Numbered from the stretch's first letter, positions 46,777 to 56,612 are shown. The stretch: 64,000 nt of DNA from Myxococcales bacterium (GCA_030652255.1 JAUSAZ010000112.1:69907-133906), one strand, 5' to 3'. Notes: generated by a model from the letters alone, not told the origin. Numbers and translations are program-made.

Positions 46777-48365
46777 ACGTTGTCGCGGTAGCCCGTCGGC
46801 GTCTGCGGGGTGTTGGCGCGCGGGGTCGTGCGCGGCGGGCGGCGGACGCGCGGCGCGGCGGGCACCGGGGCGGCGGGCTCGACCACGGGCGCGGGATCGA
46901 CCGGGGCGACGGGCATCGGCGGCACCTCGGTCACCCGAGGGCGCAGGCGGGCGACGTGCGTGAGCTGCGCGCCTGACAGGGTCACCTGGTGGTCTTCGAA
47001 GCCCGCGTGGCGGAACACCAGCGTGTGGGCCGTGTCGGGGTTGCCCCGCGCGCCCGTCCAGGCACTGCGCAGGGGCGTGCGGCCGAGGGAGACGCCGCCC
47101 TCGAGCACCTCGGCGCCGGCGGGATCGCTGTCGAGCGAGACCTGCACCGTCGGCGCGACCGCCGCGGGGGCGGACGGTGAGGGCGCGGCGACGAGGCGGA
47201 TGGCGACGCCGAGGCCCACCGCGAGCACGAAGAGCCCGACGCCCAGGAGCAGCGGAGACCGGCGGGCCTCCGGGGCAGGGGGCGGCGCCGTGATGTTGGG
47301 CGCGGCGGCGGTGAGCGACTCGCGGGGCGTCGGCGCGCGAGGCAGCGGCGGCGGGAGCGTGGAGGTGAGCGGGGCGACGGGGCTCTCGCCCGAGGTGGGC
47401 ACCCGGCCGCCGAGGCTGTTGATGAACTCCCCGGACATCGACCCGAGGGGGCGGCCCACGGAGGCGCCGGCGTGCTTGATGGCGGCGATGAGCTCGTCCA
47501 TCGACGCGTAGCGCTCCTCGGGGCGCTTCGCGAGGCAGCGGTAGACGATCTCCTCGACGGCCGCGGGCACCTGCACCAGGGGGTTGGTCTCGACGAGCGT
47601 GGGCACCGGGTCGCTCACGTGGGCCATGAGCAGGTTGACCGAGCTCGATCGCTCGAAGGGCACCTTGCCCGTGAGCAGCTCGAAGAGGATCACCCCGAGG
47701 GAGTACACGTCCGTCGCCGGGGAGACCCGCTCGCCGCGGATCTGCTCGGGGGCCATGTACTTGGGCGATCCCATGAACAGCCCGGTCTGCGTGAGGGCCT
47801 CCTCCGCGGTCTCGTCGGTGCGCTTGAGGAGCCCGAAATCCAGCACCTTCACGAAGTCCGGGTCGTCGTCGTGGCGCACCAGGTACAGGTTGGCCGGCTT
47901 CAGGTCGCGGTGGATGACCCCGTGCCCGTGGGCCTCCCGGAGCGCGCGGCACGCCTGCACCAGGATGTGCAGCGCGCGGCCGACCTCGAGCGGCGCGTCG
48001 TCGCGCAGGAGCCGGTGGAGGGTGCGGCCCTCCAGGTACTCCATCGCCATGAAGTACACGTTGTCGCTCGACTGACCGTAGTCGTAGAGCGTCACCGTGT
48101 TGGGGTGCGTGAGCTTCGAGACGATCGACGCCTCGAGGAAGAAGCGCTTGTGAAACTCCGGGTCGCTCTCCCCGTTGTAGTTGGGCTGGAGCACCTTGAG
48201 CGCGACGATGCGTCCGAGCGGCGCCTGCTCGGCCCGGTACACCTTGCCCATGCCGCCGCGGGCGATGATGGACAGCACCTTGAAGCGGTCGTTGATGACG
48301 CGCCCGATGAGCGGATCTCCCGGCGCGGTCGACGTCCCTGTGGTGGTGCTGACGGGCTCAGCCAT
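46770..48365 (-). CDS. Ser/Thr protein kinase with a TM segment and a C-terminal PEGA domain
   Basis: Hanks kinase motifs: GGMGKVYRA, VALK, HRDLKPANL, DFGLL, APE. The TM is LLLGVGLFVLAVGLGVAI. The PEGA-like C-terminus is VQVSLDSDPAGAEVLEGGVSLGRTP. Confidence 0.9.
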   Translation of the reverse strand: MAEPVSTTTGTSTAPGDPLIGRVINDRFKVLSIIARGGMGKVYRAEQAPLGRIVALKVLQPNYNGESDPEFHKRFFLEASIVSKLTHPNTVTLYDYGQSSDNVYFMAMEYLEGRTLHRLLRDDAPLEVGRALHILVQACRALREAHGHGVIHRDLKPANLYLVRHDDDPDFVKVLDFGLLKRTDETAEEALTQTGLFMGSPKYMAPEQIRGERVSPATDVYSLGVILFELLTGKVPFERSSSVNLLMAHVSDPVPTLVETNPLVQVPAAVEEIVYRCLAKRPEERYASMDELIAAIKHAGASVGRPLGSMSGEFINSLGGRVPTSGESPVAPLTSTLPPPLPRAPTPRESLTAAAPNITAPPPAPEARRSPLLLGVGLFVLAVGLGVAIRLVAAPSPSAPAAVAPTVQVSLDSDPAGAEVLEGGVSLGRTPLRSAWTGARGNPDTAHTLVFRHAGFEDHQVTLSGAQLTHVARLRPRVTEVPPMPVAPVDPAPVVEPAAPVPAAPRVRRPPRTTPRANTPQTPTGYRDNVY

Positions 48366-48542
48366 GCGCTCCGGTGATCGGTCGGGCGACGTTCCTGTGT
48401 GAAGGCCCCCGTCGAACCGATCGCGGCGGATTGTTCCACCCGCCCCCCCGGGCCGTCAACGACGCGAGCCATCGAAGCCATGCGTGCGCACCATCCGAGC
48501 GGCGCGCTTGCAGGTGCCCCGTCGGCGTGCTGCCCTTCGCGC

Positions 48543-50225
48543 ATGGATGCACGCAAGCGACGATGGGGAGCCGGGCTTCTTGGCCTGGCGCTGTGGGCGG
48601 CGCCGGCGATGGCGCTGGCGGTCGACGAGACGGTGATCGCGGTCGACCTCGACGACGGCGCCTCGGACGGCGACGCGCGCGACGTCGCGCAGCGGCACGG
48701 CATCACCCTCCGGCCCAACAGCCCGATGGTGGGCGTCGACCGGGTGTACCTCGCCACCGTGCCCAGCGGCGACGCGACACGGGTGCTGCGCGCGCTCTCC
48801 GCCGACCCGGAGGTCGACGCCGCGGAGGAGAACCGCGAGGTGCGGGCGCTCTTCGTGCCCAACGACCCGATGTACGACCAGCAGTGGGGGATGCAGCGGG
48901 TCGGGCTGCCGCGATCGTCGGAGGTCACCTGCGGGCGGGGCGCCACCGTCGCGGTCATCGACACCGGCGTCGCGTGCGAAAACCACGGGGAGTTCACCCG
49001 CATCCCCGACCTCGACGGCGCCCGCTGCCTGCCCGGCTGGAACTTCGTCAACGACACCGCCCACGCCAACGACGACCAGGGCCACGGCACGCACGTCGCG
49101 GGCACCATCGCGCAGACCACCAACAACCAGCTCGGCACCGCGGGCGTGGCCTTCTGCGCCACCATCCTGCCGGTGAAGGTGCTCGACGCGCGCGGCAGCG
49201 GGTCGCTCGCCGACGTGGCCGAGGGCATCCGCTGGGCGGCCGACCACGGCGCCGACGTCATCAACCTCTCCCTCGGCGGCGACGGCCGCTCCAAGCTCAT
49301 GGACCAGGCGGTCGAGTACGCCCACCGCCGCGGCGTCACCGTCGTGTGCGCCGCGGGCAACAGCGGCCGCGCCGTGGGCTCCCCCGCCAACGCCCCGCAC
49401 GCCATCGCCGTGAGCGCCATCGACTCCGGCGACCAGATCGCGTTCTTCAGCTCGCGCGGCCCGGAGATCGCCATCGCGGCGCCGGGCGTGGCCATCCTCC
49501 AGCAGACCATCTGCGAGCGCGGGCGCAACCGCTGCGAGCAGTTCGCGTCGTGGTCGGGCACCTCCATGGCCGCCCCGCACGTCGCGGGCGCCGCGGCGCT
49601 GATGTACTCCCTCGGCGTCACCGACCCCGACCGCGTGCGCTCGCTGCTGCTCACGCACAGCACCCCCGCGGCCCACGGCGGCGCCGAGCCCGAGCTCTAC
49701 GGCGCGGGCATCGTGAGCGCCTCCGTCGCCAGCGACGCCGTGCTCCAGACCACCGGCGTCACCCGCGCGCTGATGCTGCTCGGCCTCGCGCTCGGCCTCG
49801 CGCTCTGGATCCGCAACAAGAAGGGCGAGCTCACCGCCGGCTGGCTGCTCCCGGCGGTGATCACCGGCGTGGGCCTGTTCTTCCTGCCGTCCTTCGTCGG
49901 GCACTACGTGCCGGGCGTCGACCTCGCGATGCGCCCCGCCGCCAGCTGGGACGTGCTGCTCTTCGGCGCGCACCTGCACCGCTGGCTGCCCTTCGCCAAC
50001 CTGGGCGTCGTGCTCGCGCTGGTGGGCCTCGGGTTCTCGCGCCCGTCGCTGCGCTCGCCCATCGGCGGCGTCGCGCTCGGCACCGCGTCCTACCTGCTGT
50101 CCGAGCTCTTCCTGCGCACCGGCTTCGCGCCGCTGGGCTCGATGCTCTACCTCGGCTGGATCGCCCTCAACGTCACCGTCTGCCTCTGGGTCGCGCGCAT
50201 CGGCATCGACCGCAAGACCCGCTGA
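48543..50225 (+). CDS. S8 (subtilisin-family) serine protease with a C-terminal five-TM membrane domain
   Basis: The ATG at 48543 is followed by a signal peptide. The catalytic triad motifs are VAVIDTGV, GHGTHVAG and GTSMAAPHVAG. The last ~150 aa contain 5 hydrophobic helices. Confidence 0.88.
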   Translation: MDARKRRWGAGLLGLALWAAPAMALAVDETVIAVDLDDGASDGDARDVAQRHGITLRPNSPMVGVDRVYLATVPSGDATRVLRALSADPEVDAAEENREVRALFVPNDPMYDQQWGMQRVGLPRSSEVTCGRGATVAVIDTGVACENHGEFTRIPDLDGARCLPGWNFVNDTAHANDDQGHGTHVAGTIAQTTNNQLGTAGVAFCATILPVKVLDARGSGSLADVAEGIRWAADHGADVINLSLGGDGRSKLMDQAVEYAHRRGVTVVCAAGNSGRAVGSPANAPHAIAVSAIDSGDQIAFFSSRGPEIAIAAPGVAILQQTICERGRNRCEQFASWSGTSMAAPHVAGAAALMYSLGVTDPDRVRSLLLTHSTPAAHGGAEPELYGAGIVSASVASDAVLQTTGVTRALMLLGLALGLALWIRNKKGELTAGWLLPAVITGVGLFFLPSFVGHYVPGVDLAMRPAASWDVLLFGAHLHRWLPFANLGVVLALVGLGFSRPSLRSPIGGVALGTASYLLSELFLRTGFAPLGSMLYLGWIALNVTVCLWVARIGIDRKTR

Positions 50226-50365
50226 TCCGTCCTCCCAGCTCTCCCTCCCGCCCTCTCCTTTCCGCCCACCGACAACCACGGCTTCGCCCGATCCCGACAA
50301 AGGGACTGGTGACCGCGCGGGCTGTTGGACGACACTCCCCGCGGTCGGAAGGAAGGGCGAGGGCG

Positions 50366-51796
50366 ATGACCGCAAGAGCACGTAGCGCGTGGATGGTGGC
50401 CTGTTCGATGGTGGCGGGCTCGGGCGCGGCGGGGGCCGACCCGGTCCCGGTGCTCACGGTGTCGGTGCACGACCGCGGCCCCACGGCGGCGCAGGTGGCA
50501 TCCGCAGTGGGCGCGCTCGGCGCCGATGCGCTGTCGGGCGACGCCCTGCGCCGCGAGCTGCTCGCCCGCTTCGGCCGCTACGCCCCGCAGGAGGACGTGC
50601 TCCGGCCCCAGCGCGAGGCCATCGCCGCGGGCGAGACCGCGATGTTCGCGCAGGGTCGTCCCGCAGGGCGGCGACGGCTACAGCCCGCGCTCACGGCCAT
50701 GGAGGCCGCGCCCGACGCGCTCGAACTCCAGGAGAACAACCGCGCCGCGTACCTCAAGGGCCTCTTCCTCATGGCCCGCATCGCCCACGAAGACCGCCGC
50801 ACCGACGAGGCCGAGACGTGGCTTCGCCGGGCCTTCGCCTTCGACCCCTGGTGGATGCCCTCGGACTACGACTGCCCGCTGCGCTTCCGCCCCATCGTCG
50901 CGCGGCTGCGCCCCCCAGCGGTCGCCAGCGCCCCGAGCGCCACCGGCACCCTCTCCGTGCGCGCGCCCCGCGAGGGCTGCACCGTCTCCGTCGACGACGC
51001 GCGCTCCGCCTCCACCGCGCAGACCGTCGAGCAGCCGGTGCCCGCGCGCACCCACCGGGTGTCCGTCCGCTGCGGCGAGGCCTCGCGGGTGCGCACCGTG
51101 ACCGTCGCCGCGGGCCGCACCACGGCGCTCGCGCTCGACCCGCGCCTCGACGCCCTGCTGCGCGTCGCCGACCTGCCAGGGCTCAACTACCCCACCGCCC
51201 CGGAGTCGCCCGCCGTGGTCGTCAGCGACGCCGCCGCCGTGGGCGCGGCCCTCGGCGCAACCCGGGTGGTGCTGCTCACCCACGACCGCCCGGTGGTCGT
51301 CGACGTCACCCGCGGCGAGGCGGTGCGCGACGAGGTCGCCGCGCGCGTCGAGCAGGCGCTCGGCGTCGCCCCGGCTTTACCCAGCACGGTAAGTCCGCCC
51401 CCCGCGACGGATCCTCGCGCCGACCTGCGCGCGCAGCCCTCGCGCGGTCCTGGCGCGGGCCCGTGGGTGCTCCTGGGCGCCGGGGTCGCCTCCCTCGCGG
51501 CGGGCGGCGCCTTCCTCTACCTGCGCGGCGACGCGCTCCAGACCTTTCATCGCTACTGCCAGACCGACGGCACCTGCGCCGACGAGCCCACCCAGCGCGC
51601 CGCCCAGCCCTCGCGCGACGACGCCGCGCTCTACACCACGCTGAGCGTCGTCGCCGGCGCCGTCGGGGTCGCTGCCATCACCGGGGCGGTGCTCTGGTAC
51701 GCCCTCTCGCCCCGCCGGGCCGCGGCCACCGCGCTGCGGGTGAGCCCGTGGAGCACCGAAACCGCCGCCGGCCTCAGCCTCGGCGCGCGCTTCTGA
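50366..51796 (+). CDS. exported protein with a PEGA-like domain and C-terminal TM segments
   Basis: 476 aa from the ATG at 50366 with a signal peptide. GTLSVRAPREGCTVSVDD...HRVSVRCGEASRVRTVTVAAGRT is PEGA-like. Two TM helices lie near the C-terminus. Confidence 0.6.
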   Translation: MTARARSAWMVACSMVAGSGAAGADPVPVLTVSVHDRGPTAAQVASAVGALGADALSGDALRRELLARFGRYAPQEDVLRPQREAIAAGETAMFAQGRPAGRRRLQPALTAMEAAPDALELQENNRAAYLKGLFLMARIAHEDRRTDEAETWLRRAFAFDPWWMPSDYDCPLRFRPIVARLRPPAVASAPSATGTLSVRAPREGCTVSVDDARSASTAQTVEQPVPARTHRVSVRCGEASRVRTVTVAAGRTTALALDPRLDALLRVADLPGLNYPTAPESPAVVVSDAAAVGAALGATRVVLLTHDRPVVVDVTRGEAVRDEVAARVEQALGVAPALPSTVSPPPATDPRADLRAQPSRGPGAGPWVLLGAGVASLAAGGAFLYLRGDALQTFHRYCQTDGTCADEPTQRAAQPSRDDAALYTTLSVVAGAVGVAAITGAVLWYALSPRRAAATALRVSPWSTETAAGLSLGARF

Positions 51797-51918
51797 CCGA
51801 TTTTCTGCGGCGCGCGGGCTCCCTTGATGCTGCGCGCGGCCCGATGATAGCTTGGCGAACGTTTCTCGCGACCGGGGCAACCACCTCGCATACCGGGAAG
51901 TTCTTGTACGGAGGTCTC

Positions 51919-52638
51919 ATGCGCACGGCCGTGGTTCTCGTCTCGCTCGCAGGTGTGTTCGGTGCGGTCTCCCTGGGGTCTCCCCGGGAGGCGCAGGCGC
52001 AGACGGTCAACTCCGTCTCCGCCACGGGGAAGGGCATCGCGGGCTGCGCGCTCCTGGGCGGTGAAGCCGTCATGCTCATCGAGGCCGCCGCGGGCGCGCG
52101 GCCGACCTGGGCGTACCTCGTCGGCGGCGGCCTCGGCGCCATCGCGGGCGGCGTCGGCGGCTACTTCCTCGAGCAGGCCGCCGAAGGGGACTCCACCCTC
52201 ACCGGCGTGACCGTCGGCACCCTCGTCGTCGGCCTCGGGCTCATCATCCCGACCACCATCGCCGCCCTCAGCGCCACCGCGTACAGCCCCGAGCACGACC
52301 AGCCGGCCGAAGACAACGCGCCGGCGAGCGGTCCGCTCGACGAGAGCACCGCCCCCGCGACCACCGCCCCCGCGACCACCGAGCCTGCCGCGGCCCCCAG
52401 CGCCGGCGCCACCTCGGGCACCACCTCCGACCTTCTCCCCGCGCGTCGGCGCACCCGCCAGCTCACCGCGCGCCCGGTCTTCCGCCCGACGGGCCTCTTC
52501 GACGTCGGCCCCGCGGGCTTTTCGCTGGCGGTCCCGGCCATCAACGTCGGCACCAACATCACCGCCCAGGAAGTGCGCCAGTACGGCCTCACCGCCGTGT
52601 CCGAGCTGCGCATCCCGCTGGTCTCGGGCACCTTCTGA
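51919..52638 (+). CDS. hypothetical membrane protein
   Basis: The ATG at 51919 follows GGAGG. It has a signal peptide, Gly-rich TM helices and a low-complexity A/T/P segment. Confidence 0.55.
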   Translation: MRTAVVLVSLAGVFGAVSLGSPREAQAQTVNSVSATGKGIAGCALLGGEAVMLIEAAAGARPTWAYLVGGGLGAIAGGVGGYFLEQAAEGDSTLTGVTVGTLVVGLGLIIPTTIAALSATAYSPEHDQPAEDNAPASGPLDESTAPATTAPATTEPAAAPSAGATSGTTSDLLPARRRTRQLTARPVFRPTGLFDVGPAGFSLAVPAINVGTNITAQEVRQYGLTAVSELRIPLVSGTF

Positions 52639-52657
52639 TCGCCCGCCGCTGACCTAC

Positions 52658-52678
52658 GACGGGAGCGCCGCTCCCGTC
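52658..52678. terminator. hairpin between convergent genes (possible bidirectional terminator, no U-tract)
   Basis: gacgggagcg (52658-52667) pairs with cgctcccgtc (52669-52678). Confidence 0.3.
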
Positions 52679-52688
52679 TCCGCCCCCA

Positions 52689-55049
52689 TCACTGATGCAT
52701 CAGGTGCCAGCCCGCGAAGGACAGCAGGGCGAAGAGCACCAGCGCGATCGCCACGCGCGCGAACAGCGGCAGCCCGGAAGGCGGCTCGACGAAGGCCTGC
52801 GGGCGCACCCGGTGCTTCTCCAGGTCGGCCTCGTCGCCCCCCGTCTCCGGCGGAACGCTCGGGATCGGCATCGTGAGCGGCAGCTTCGGCCGGCCGAGCG
52901 CGGGCGTCACGGGCCGCAGGTCGGCGCTGCTCTGGTCGCCCCTCGCGCGACCGCCCGCGGGCGTCGGCGCACGCAGCACCGCCAGGCCCGAGCCGGAGCT
53001 CAGGTCGGCGCGGCGGGCGTCACCCGACTCCGTCGAGCCCTCGGGCCGCATCCCCAGGTGGCGGCCCACGTCGAGCAGCGACGCCTCGTGCTCGTCGATC
53101 TCCGCCGGGGCCGTGGAGATCAACGCCTCCATCTGATCGAAGTTCTGCGGCACGGCGGGCCGGCCGCCCGCGGGCGTCGGCGCGCGCAGCCCGAGCGGCG
53201 CCTGCCGCGATGTGCTCGTCGGGGTCGGCGCCCGCACGGCGCTGAGCGTCCCCGCGGGGCTCTCGCCCGCTTCGCCCGGCTCCTTTGCCAGCTCGGGCGC
53301 CACCCGCAGGCCCGCCATCGTCTGCGGCCTCTGGCGGGCGGCGGGGCGCTCAGCCTCCGCGGGCGCCTCCGGCCGCGCCTGGGCCCGCGGGCGCGACATC
53401 GCCGAGTCTTCGCTGGCCGAGATGCGCGACGGGGTGCCGGAGGTCTCCGCGGGCGTGCCCGTCGCCGGGGTGGGCGCGCGGGTGTGGGGCAGTCCGCCGC
53501 CGGCCATCGTCGAGAAGCGCCGGCTGCCGCCCGCCTTGCGCGGCGCCTCACTGCGAGGCTCGGTCGCGCTCACCGCGGGGCGCCCGAGGGCCTTGTGCTT
53601 CGCCACCGAGGTCGCGGCCTCGAGGTCGGGCAGCTCGGGGAGGCGCATCATCGAGTCCGAGCGCGGCATCTCGGGGACGTCCGAGAACTCGCTGCCGCTC
53701 GTCGGCACCGCCCGCACCGCGCCGACCTGCGGCGACTGCTTCACCCGGGTGGGCACGTCTGCGAGCTCGTGCTCGCTCGGCGGCTGACGCCCGCTGGACG
53801 GGGCCGGGGTCGGCGCGCGCATCGGCGTGCGGTTGGGCGGGATCGCCGGCCCGAGGCCCACGGAGGTCTGGAGCTCGAGGCTGGGCGGCGGCGTCGGGGC
53901 GCGCAGGTCGAGCGCGCCGATGGAGTCCTTGCGGTTGCGCAGCGACGCGCTCTGGGCGGGCACGGGCTTCACCGCCGAGTCGACCCGGTCGAGCACGGAG
54001 TTGGGGTCGGGGGTGGTGCGGCCGCGCGGGCCGTCGGGCTCGGAGGTGCGCGTCGAGGCCTTGCGCACGGCCTCGCGCTCGCGGCCGATCTTGTCGGCGA
54101 CCACCGCGGACATGAACTGCCCGACCTGGCGCTGCGTGGCGATGTCCGCGCGGAAGTTGGCCTCGATGGCGTCGGCGAACGCGGCCGCGGTGGCGTAGCG
54201 CTCCTCCGGGTCGTACGCGAGGGCCTTCTCGCAGAGCCCGTCGAGCACCTCGGGGATCTGGTCGGTGAACATCAACAGCGAGCGGTACGGCGCCTTGAGC
54301 GACTCGTGCAGCAGGTCGGGCCGCGAGCGCGCCGGGAAGCACCGCCGCAGCGCCAGCGTCTCCCAGAGCGTGACGCCCATGGAGAACACGTCGGCGCGCC
54401 GGTCGACCACGCCGCCCTCCAGCTGCTCCGGGGCCATGAAGGGCGCCTTGCCCTTGAGCATCCCGACGCTGGTGAGCGAGAGCCGGCGCTCTGCGCGGGC
54501 GATGCCGAAGTCCACGAGGCGCGCGGCGCCGTCGGAGCCGACGAGGATGTTCTGCGGGGAGACGTCGCGGTGGATGAGCTGGAGCGACTCGCCGTCGGGC
54601 CCGCGGAGGTTGTGCGCCGCGTCGAGGCCGATGAGCGCGTCGAGGACGATGCGCAGCGAGATGCCCAGGGGGATGGTGCGCGCGAGCCCGATGGCGGTGC
54701 GCTGGATCGCCGCGAGGGTGTCGCCCTCGATGTAATCCATGACCATGTAGAGCTGGCCGTTGTCGTTGCCGAGGTCGAGGATGGGCACCACGTTGGGGTG
54801 GTGGATGCGCGCCGCGAGCCTCGCCTCGTCGAGGAACATCTGCACGAACTCCTCATCCGCGGCGATGTTGCGGTGCATGACCTTGACCGCCACGAGGCGC
54901 TCGAAGCCGCCGCTGCCCATCTTCCGGGCGAGGTATACGTAGGCCATCCCTCCTTTACCGAGGGGTGTAAGAAGCTCGTACTGCCCGACCCGCGACGTGA
55001 CGCTTGACGGCAGGAAGCTGTCACGCGGCGCGTTGTTGGGATCGCTCAT
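52689..55049 (-). CDS. tail-anchored Ser/Thr protein kinase with a long disordered linker carrying RAPTP repeats
   Basis: Kinase motifs: GKGGMAYVYLA, VAVK, HRDVSPQNIL, DFGIA, APE. About 430 aa are disordered and P/A/S/R-rich. The C-terminal TM is LFARVAIALVLFALLSFAGW. Confidence 0.9.
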   Translation of the reverse strand: MSDPNNAPRDSFLPSSVTSRVGQYELLTPLGKGGMAYVYLARKMGSGGFERLVAVKVMHRNIAADEEFVQMFLDEARLAARIHHPNVVPILDLGNDNGQLYMVMDYIEGDTLAAIQRTAIGLARTIPLGISLRIVLDALIGLDAAHNLRGPDGESLQLIHRDVSPQNILVGSDGAARLVDFGIARAERRLSLTSVGMLKGKAPFMAPEQLEGGVVDRRADVFSMGVTLWETLALRRCFPARSRPDLLHESLKAPYRSLLMFTDQIPEVLDGLCEKALAYDPEERYATAAAFADAIEANFRADIATQRQVGQFMSAVVADKIGREREAVRKASTRTSEPDGPRGRTTPDPNSVLDRVDSAVKPVPAQSASLRNRKDSIGALDLRAPTPPPSLELQTSVGLGPAIPPNRTPMRAPTPAPSSGRQPPSEHELADVPTRVKQSPQVGAVRAVPTSGSEFSDVPEMPRSDSMMRLPELPDLEAATSVAKHKALGRPAVSATEPRSEAPRKAGGSRRFSTMAGGGLPHTRAPTPATGTPAETSGTPSRISASEDSAMSRPRAQARPEAPAEAERPAARQRPQTMAGLRVAPELAKEPGEAGESPAGTLSAVRAPTPTSTSRQAPLGLRAPTPAGGRPAVPQNFDQMEALISTAPAEIDEHEASLLDVGRHLGMRPEGSTESGDARRADLSSGSGLAVLRAPTPAGGRARGDQSSADLRPVTPALGRPKLPLTMPIPSVPPETGGDEADLEKHRVRPQAFVEPPSGLPLFARVAIALVLFALLSFAGWHLMHQ

Positions 55050-55152
55050 GGGCGCGCCTCCGCCCCTCTCCCGCCCCCAAAGACCGCCTCGCGGAACAGG
55101 GAAACCATCGCCTCTGTAAAGTCTCCCAGACCCACGGAAAACTCAATCCCCT

Positions 55153-55641
55153 TCACGCGGGGGCGGCCACCCGGACGGTGAGCACCGGCACCGGCGACTG
55201 CCGCAGCACCCGCTCGGCGACGCTGCCCATGAACAGGTGCGCGAGGCCGGTGCGGCCGTGGGTGCCCATCACGATCACGTCGGCGTGCCGCCGGGCCGCC
55301 TCGGCGAGCACCGAGGGCACCACCTCGCCCAGGACGAACACCTGCTCGACCGCGACGTCCCGGGCGTGGGCGAGCGCGCGGTCCTGCTCCATCCACGCGA
55401 GGGTCTGCGCGCGGTGGAAGTCCTCCAGGCGCACCGCGGCGCCGCCGCCCTCGGTGTGCACCATGGTGTCGGCGCTCAGGCCCGGCAGGAGTTCTGCGAC
55501 GTGCAGCACCACCAGCGCGGCCCCGTGGACCTTCGCCAGGTCGGCCGCCAGGCTCAGCGCCGCCCGGGACCCTTCGGAGAAGTCCGTCGGCACGAGCATG
55601 GTCTTCCAGGGTGCGCGCTTGGGGGGGGTTGCGTCGGTCAT
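55153..55641 (-). CDS. universal stress protein (UspA family)
   Basis: The ATG at 55641. Motifs are MLVPTDFSEGSRAAL...LVVLHV and VIVMGTHGRTGLAHLFMGSVAERVLRQSPVPVLTV. Confidence 0.85.
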   Translation of the reverse strand: MTDATPPKRAPWKTMLVPTDFSEGSRAALSLAADLAKVHGAALVVLHVAELLPGLSADTMVHTEGGGAAVRLEDFHRAQTLAWMEQDRALAHARDVAVEQVFVLGEVVPSVLAEAARRHADVIVMGTHGRTGLAHLFMGSVAERVLRQSPVPVLTVRVAAPA

Positions 55642-55730
55642 GGTGTTGGGCTCTCTGCTCCTTGACCGCGCACTCTGCACGCACCCCGAGCCGCCGTCAC
55701 GTTTGCTGGAGCTTGTGTAGAGTCTCCGCC

Positions 55731-56603
55731 GTGATCGACTACGAACCGCACCGCTGGCGCAACCACTTCTTCGACGTGAAGGGCTCGATGGCCCGGGCCA
55801 TCGGCCTGCGCGCGCTGGTGTGCGCCGTGGCCGCGGCCGTCATCACCATGGTGCACTACCGCTGGCACCACTTCGAGTCGACGGAGAAGGTGCACGCCCT
55901 CATCGGCACGCCCCTCAGCCTCCTGCTGGTGTTTCGCACCAACGCCTCGTACGACCGCTTCTGGGAGGCCCGCAAGATCTGGGGCGCCATCGTCAACGAG
56001 TCGCGCAACCTCGCCCGCTCGGCGTCGGTGCTCCTCGCCGCGGACGCCAGTCTCGTCGGCGGCATCGTGCGCCTGGGCATCGCCTTCCCCTACGCCTGCA
56101 TGAGCACCCTGCGGGGCAAGCACGGCATCGGACCCGTCGCCGACGAGCTCGACCGCGACCAGGCCGACCTCCTCACCACCGCCCAGCACGCCCCGCTCGC
56201 CGTCGCGGTGGCCATGTCCCGGCGCATCGCCGACGGGCAGCGCCGTGGGCTCATCACCGACGTCCAGCAGTCGAACATCGAGCAGAACGTCCAGGTGCTC
56301 ATCGACTGCATCGGCGCGTGCGAGCGCATCAAGCGCACCCCGCTGCCCTTCGCCTACGTGGTGCACCTGCGCCGCGCGCTCGCGGTGTACTGCGGCACCC
56401 TGCCGATGGCCCTCGTGCACTATTTCGGCTGGATCACCATCCCGGTGACCTTCCTGGTCGCGTACATCCTCCTCGGCATCGAGGAGATCGGCGTCGAGAT
56501 CGAGGAGCCCTTCGGCACCGACGACAACGACCTCCCCCTCGACCGATTCTGCACCACCATCGAACAGAATCTCCGGGCCCTCCTGCCCCCCACTGCATCC
56601 TAA
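55731..56603 (+). CDS. bestrophin-family anion channel (YneE/UPF0187)
   Basis: The GTG at 55731. Motifs are LSLLLVFRTNASYDRFWEARKIWG, ERIKRTPLPFAYVVH and LLGIEEIGVEIEEPFG. Confidence 0.85.
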   Translation: MIDYEPHRWRNHFFDVKGSMARAIGLRALVCAVAAAVITMVHYRWHHFESTEKVHALIGTPLSLLLVFRTNASYDRFWEARKIWGAIVNESRNLARSASVLLAADASLVGGIVRLGIAFPYACMSTLRGKHGIGPVADELDRDQADLLTTAQHAPLAVAVAMSRRIADGQRRGLITDVQQSNIEQNVQVLIDCIGACERIKRTPLPFAYVVHLRRALAVYCGTLPMALVHYFGWITIPVTFLVAYILLGIEEIGVEIEEPFGTDDNDLPLDRFCTTIEQNLRALLPPTAS

Positions 56604-56612
56604 GGCAACGCC

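Noticed and set aside
50226-50270. A C-rich/CT-rich tract after the S8 protease gene, with five CCC runs that could form a G-quadruplex or i-motif on the opposite strand.
   Set aside because: Such G/C-run motifs are expected by chance in a genome of this GC content. There is no supporting context such as a promoter or conservation.
48374-50365. The upstream two-thirds of the 1140-aa ORF 48374-51796, with analogous read-through ORFs at 50389-52638 and 37179-39707.
   Set aside because: Only the 3' portions, from ATG 50366, ATG 51919 and GTG 39258, have a signal peptide, a natural composition and an SD. The 5' portions are out-of-frame overlaps of other genes.
55621-55628. A G8 homopolymer near the start of the USP gene, considered as a phase-variation tract.
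   Set aside because: It encodes an in-frame Pro-Pro-Lys segment (TPPKRAPW), and the reading frame is intact. There is no evidence of slippage.
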